Positions 62,001 to 64,000 of a stretch of DNA of 64,000 nt are shown here, one piece after another. The notes below the pieces were generated by a model. It was not told the DNA's origin. It made no database searches and saw nothing but the letters and a program-made list of their open reading frames with translations. The translations under genes were made by a program, and so were the position numbers. The stretch covers positions 10,664,001 through 10,728,000 of the forward strand of contig OZ116702.1 in the NCBI GenBank assembly GCA_964199315.1. Reading direction: 5' to 3'. This DNA comes from Orbicella franksi (lineage: Eukaryota). Each line of letters opens with the position of its first letter. Within the stretch, counting starts at the first letter, position 1.

Positions 62001-62880
62001 CTGTTTGGGTGAGCTAATGGTCTCTCAGTGAGATTAATTTTCGAAGGAGTAGCTATGGGCTCGTTCTTTACCACAGGAATACCGTTGTTGCTGGGACTTT
62101 CTTCTAGAGGCCCGTCTACAGATTCTACTTTTGTCTCCACAGTCGAATTGTCAACATTTGTGACGCATGACGCCTGTGTTCTCAGATAATTTTGAAGGAC
62201 GCAGTTTTTGTCAGTTTCATCTGGTAAACTTTCTTTCGCGACAGTCTCCTCTTCGTTTTTAGTTACAGCCTCCATTTCTGCCTTTGCGACCGCCAATTCT
62301 TTGGTGAGTTTAAACCTCTTCAGTTCATCTTCGTGCTCTTTCAAAGCACTAGTTTTTTGCGCCTCGGCATCGGCAAATTCCAGTTCAGTTTTCAGCCTCG
62401 CGACATGTGCAGCAATAGCGGTCCTTTTCACTAACGAAGAAGCGGCTGATGATCCGTTTGACTTTTGGCTGTGAGAGTCTTGGCTAGAGCGCCTAGAAAT
62501 GCGTGATTTTTCGCTTCCAGTTTCTTGTTTTAGCTTGCACATCCTTTCGTTTACTTTTCTTAACGTGTCGGAATGTTCACATTCAATAGACTCAAATTTC
62601 ATCAATGCTTCTTTCTGCGCATCGTAATTGCCCTCCAGAAAGTCATACAATTTTTCGTTTGCTACGCTAAGAATTTTCATTTTTTCTTCCAGAAACGTTC
62701 TTTCGCTCATTAAGAGATTTAGATTCATCGTATCTGCTATGACATTTATCACTGTTGAGCTGTTTTTGCCATGATCGCTGGGCGGACAACCTTTGATCCT
62801 CGAGTATTTGTAAATGATAAGTCTTTCCCTTTTTGGTAAGATTTCGAACTCTACTAGATCCTATTCCTATAGAATCTTCG
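56098..62880 (-). pseudogene. BEL/Pao gag-pol polyprotein, disrupted
   Basis: ORF pieces 62752-61970, 61695-60916 (gag; CPLCKASHHLDVC zinc knuckle), 60878-56930 (ALLDEQSDTCF protease; PHHGVY, RVVFDCSA, CDIQGMFHQ, HLFGATSSP, FYVDDGL RT; LHHFSD, IPRLEL; VDYFGP, SDQGTNF, GGTWERQI integrase) and 56436-56098 (C-terminal domain). Frameshifts or stops between pieces. Confidence 0.92.
56438..56928. mobile_element. Tc1/mariner(pogo)-type MITE inserted in the BEL integrase C-terminus
   Basis: 25-bp TIR CAGTAAACACCCGCATATAAGAACA; TA TSD at 56436-56437 and 56929-56930; interrupts the Tyr codon of RRVQ|YLANEFW. Confidence 0.92.
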
Positions 62881-62950
62881 GAATCTGACATTTTATCCGC
62901 CGAGAACTTTATCCAATGGATCGATCAGTTTCTTTCGAAAGAGTTTTTAC

Positions 62951-63462
62951 TGTAACAGGGCGGACGCTGACATCAATCGATCTTTGAATTTATTACCAGC
63001 GCCGCATCGGAGAAATGTTTTATAAATGACGGAACCTCCAAGCATCTATCGTTCTCAATTGGTTTATTGGACTTGAAAGCTCGTAAAAACTGAAATACAA
63101 CGAGCAGAATAAGGCTATTACTATAAATCTATGCTACTCTAAATGTTCTTAACTCGAGCACACAGGGCCTGCATATACATAAATCTAAGCAACACAAATA
63201 TCCTTAAGCGTAACAAATCTGCCTTCGATTAAGTGGTATACATTTCAGGGTCTAAATTAAAGGACAAACTACATAACATACCTCTTTCCCCGTCCTATTA
63301 CAATGGTATCTTCGACGATCCTTCGATCAATGTTCTTCTGCATGTGCTTGTAACTTACACGTGTCCGAATGAAAGGTAATGCCGACAACTAATCGACATG
63401 TCGCACAAAACAAAGAGATATTGACGGTCACGCAATCACAACAATAAACACTATTCATTACA
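62951..63462 (-). repeat. 5' LTR of BEL/Pao element
   Basis: 512 bp, colinear with 55448-55959 with no indels seen. Confidence 0.95.
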
Positions 63463-63691
63463 AAATTATTATCACCAATCAAAAACAAAACAAACAACAA
63501 CAGATAAATCAAAAAGCAACAGAAAGAAAATAGCTGACTTAAGAAAGAATTTTGCTAGTCCCACGGATGTGCTTTTGTTGATTTGCTCCCGAGCCGATTA
63601 CAATGTGTCCCATGGTAGTCACTTGACAAAATCAATTATCGATAATATGCGATAACAATCAATACAACTTAGTCAATGATATCGATAAATA

Positions 63692-63974
63692 CAGGGTTCG
63701 TACAGGTCCTGGAAAGTCCTGGAATTTTATTGAGGCATTTTCCAGGACTGGAAAGTCCTGGAAAAGGGCTACTGGTCCTAAAAAATTCTGGAAATCTGTT
63801 AAACTCAAGTAAAAAATATGAAATGTGTGGCAGACAGTAAGGAGAATTAACATTAAGATCTTGGGAGTGAAAAGGTTAATGTGAATTTTAGAGTCCTGGA
63901 AAAATCAATCTGAGTCCAGGAAAAGTCCTGGAAAAGTCCTGGAAATTTGTTTCTGAAAAAGGGTACGAACCCTG
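63692..63974. mobile_element. hAT-like MITE with 6-bp TSD
   Basis: TIR CAGGGTTCGTAC; TAAATA at 63686-63691 and 63975-63980; internal (ggaaaagtcct)n subterminal repeats. Confidence 0.85.
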
Positions 63975-64000
63975 TAAATACCAAATTTATCAATTCTAGC

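Larger units (their letters stand above)
55448..63462 (-). mobile_element. Structurally complete BEL/Pao LTR retrotransposon (8,015 bp)
   Basis: Two 512-bp LTRs (TGTAAC...TTACA), 5-bp TSD AAATT at 55443-55447 and 63463-63467, PPT AGGGGAGCCA (55969-55960), gag-pol with protease, RT (YVDD), Pao RNaseH region and integrase. Confidence 0.97.

Overview
Eukaryotic, intron-containing DNA. The repeat content (tRNA-derived SINEs, many palindromic MITEs, Tx1/L2 LINE relics, BEL/Pao) suggests a stony coral or other anthozoan; this is inference. The first 26 kb is gene-dense: the 5' five coding exons of ANKZF1/Vms1 (minus, running off the window) and two intact head-to-head GH35 beta-galactosidase paralogs (GLB1/GLB1L-like). 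Their start codons are only 178 bp apart across a promoter with three CLEAR-like (GTCACG) motifs. The minus-strand paralog has two alternative first coding exons, each with its own N-terminal hydrophobic leader. From ~26 kb on the window is a transposon graveyard. Its most notable part is a decayed RAG1-core/Transib-like DDE transposase gene (30.35-32.9 kb) tail-to-tail with a chromo-barrel (Tudor-knot)-like gene. That partner gene can be rebuilt only after removing a hAT-like insertion with a 5-bp TSD and a microhomology-bounded duplication. Also present are Harbinger, piggyBac, Kolobok-like and LINE relics, a ~1.05-kb higher-order direct repeat, and a structurally complete 8,015-bp BEL/Pao LTR element (512-bp LTRs, AAATT TSD, a Tc1/mariner MITE in its integrase). 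All exon coordinates were read by hand from GT/AG boundaries and phase continuity; no database searches were run.
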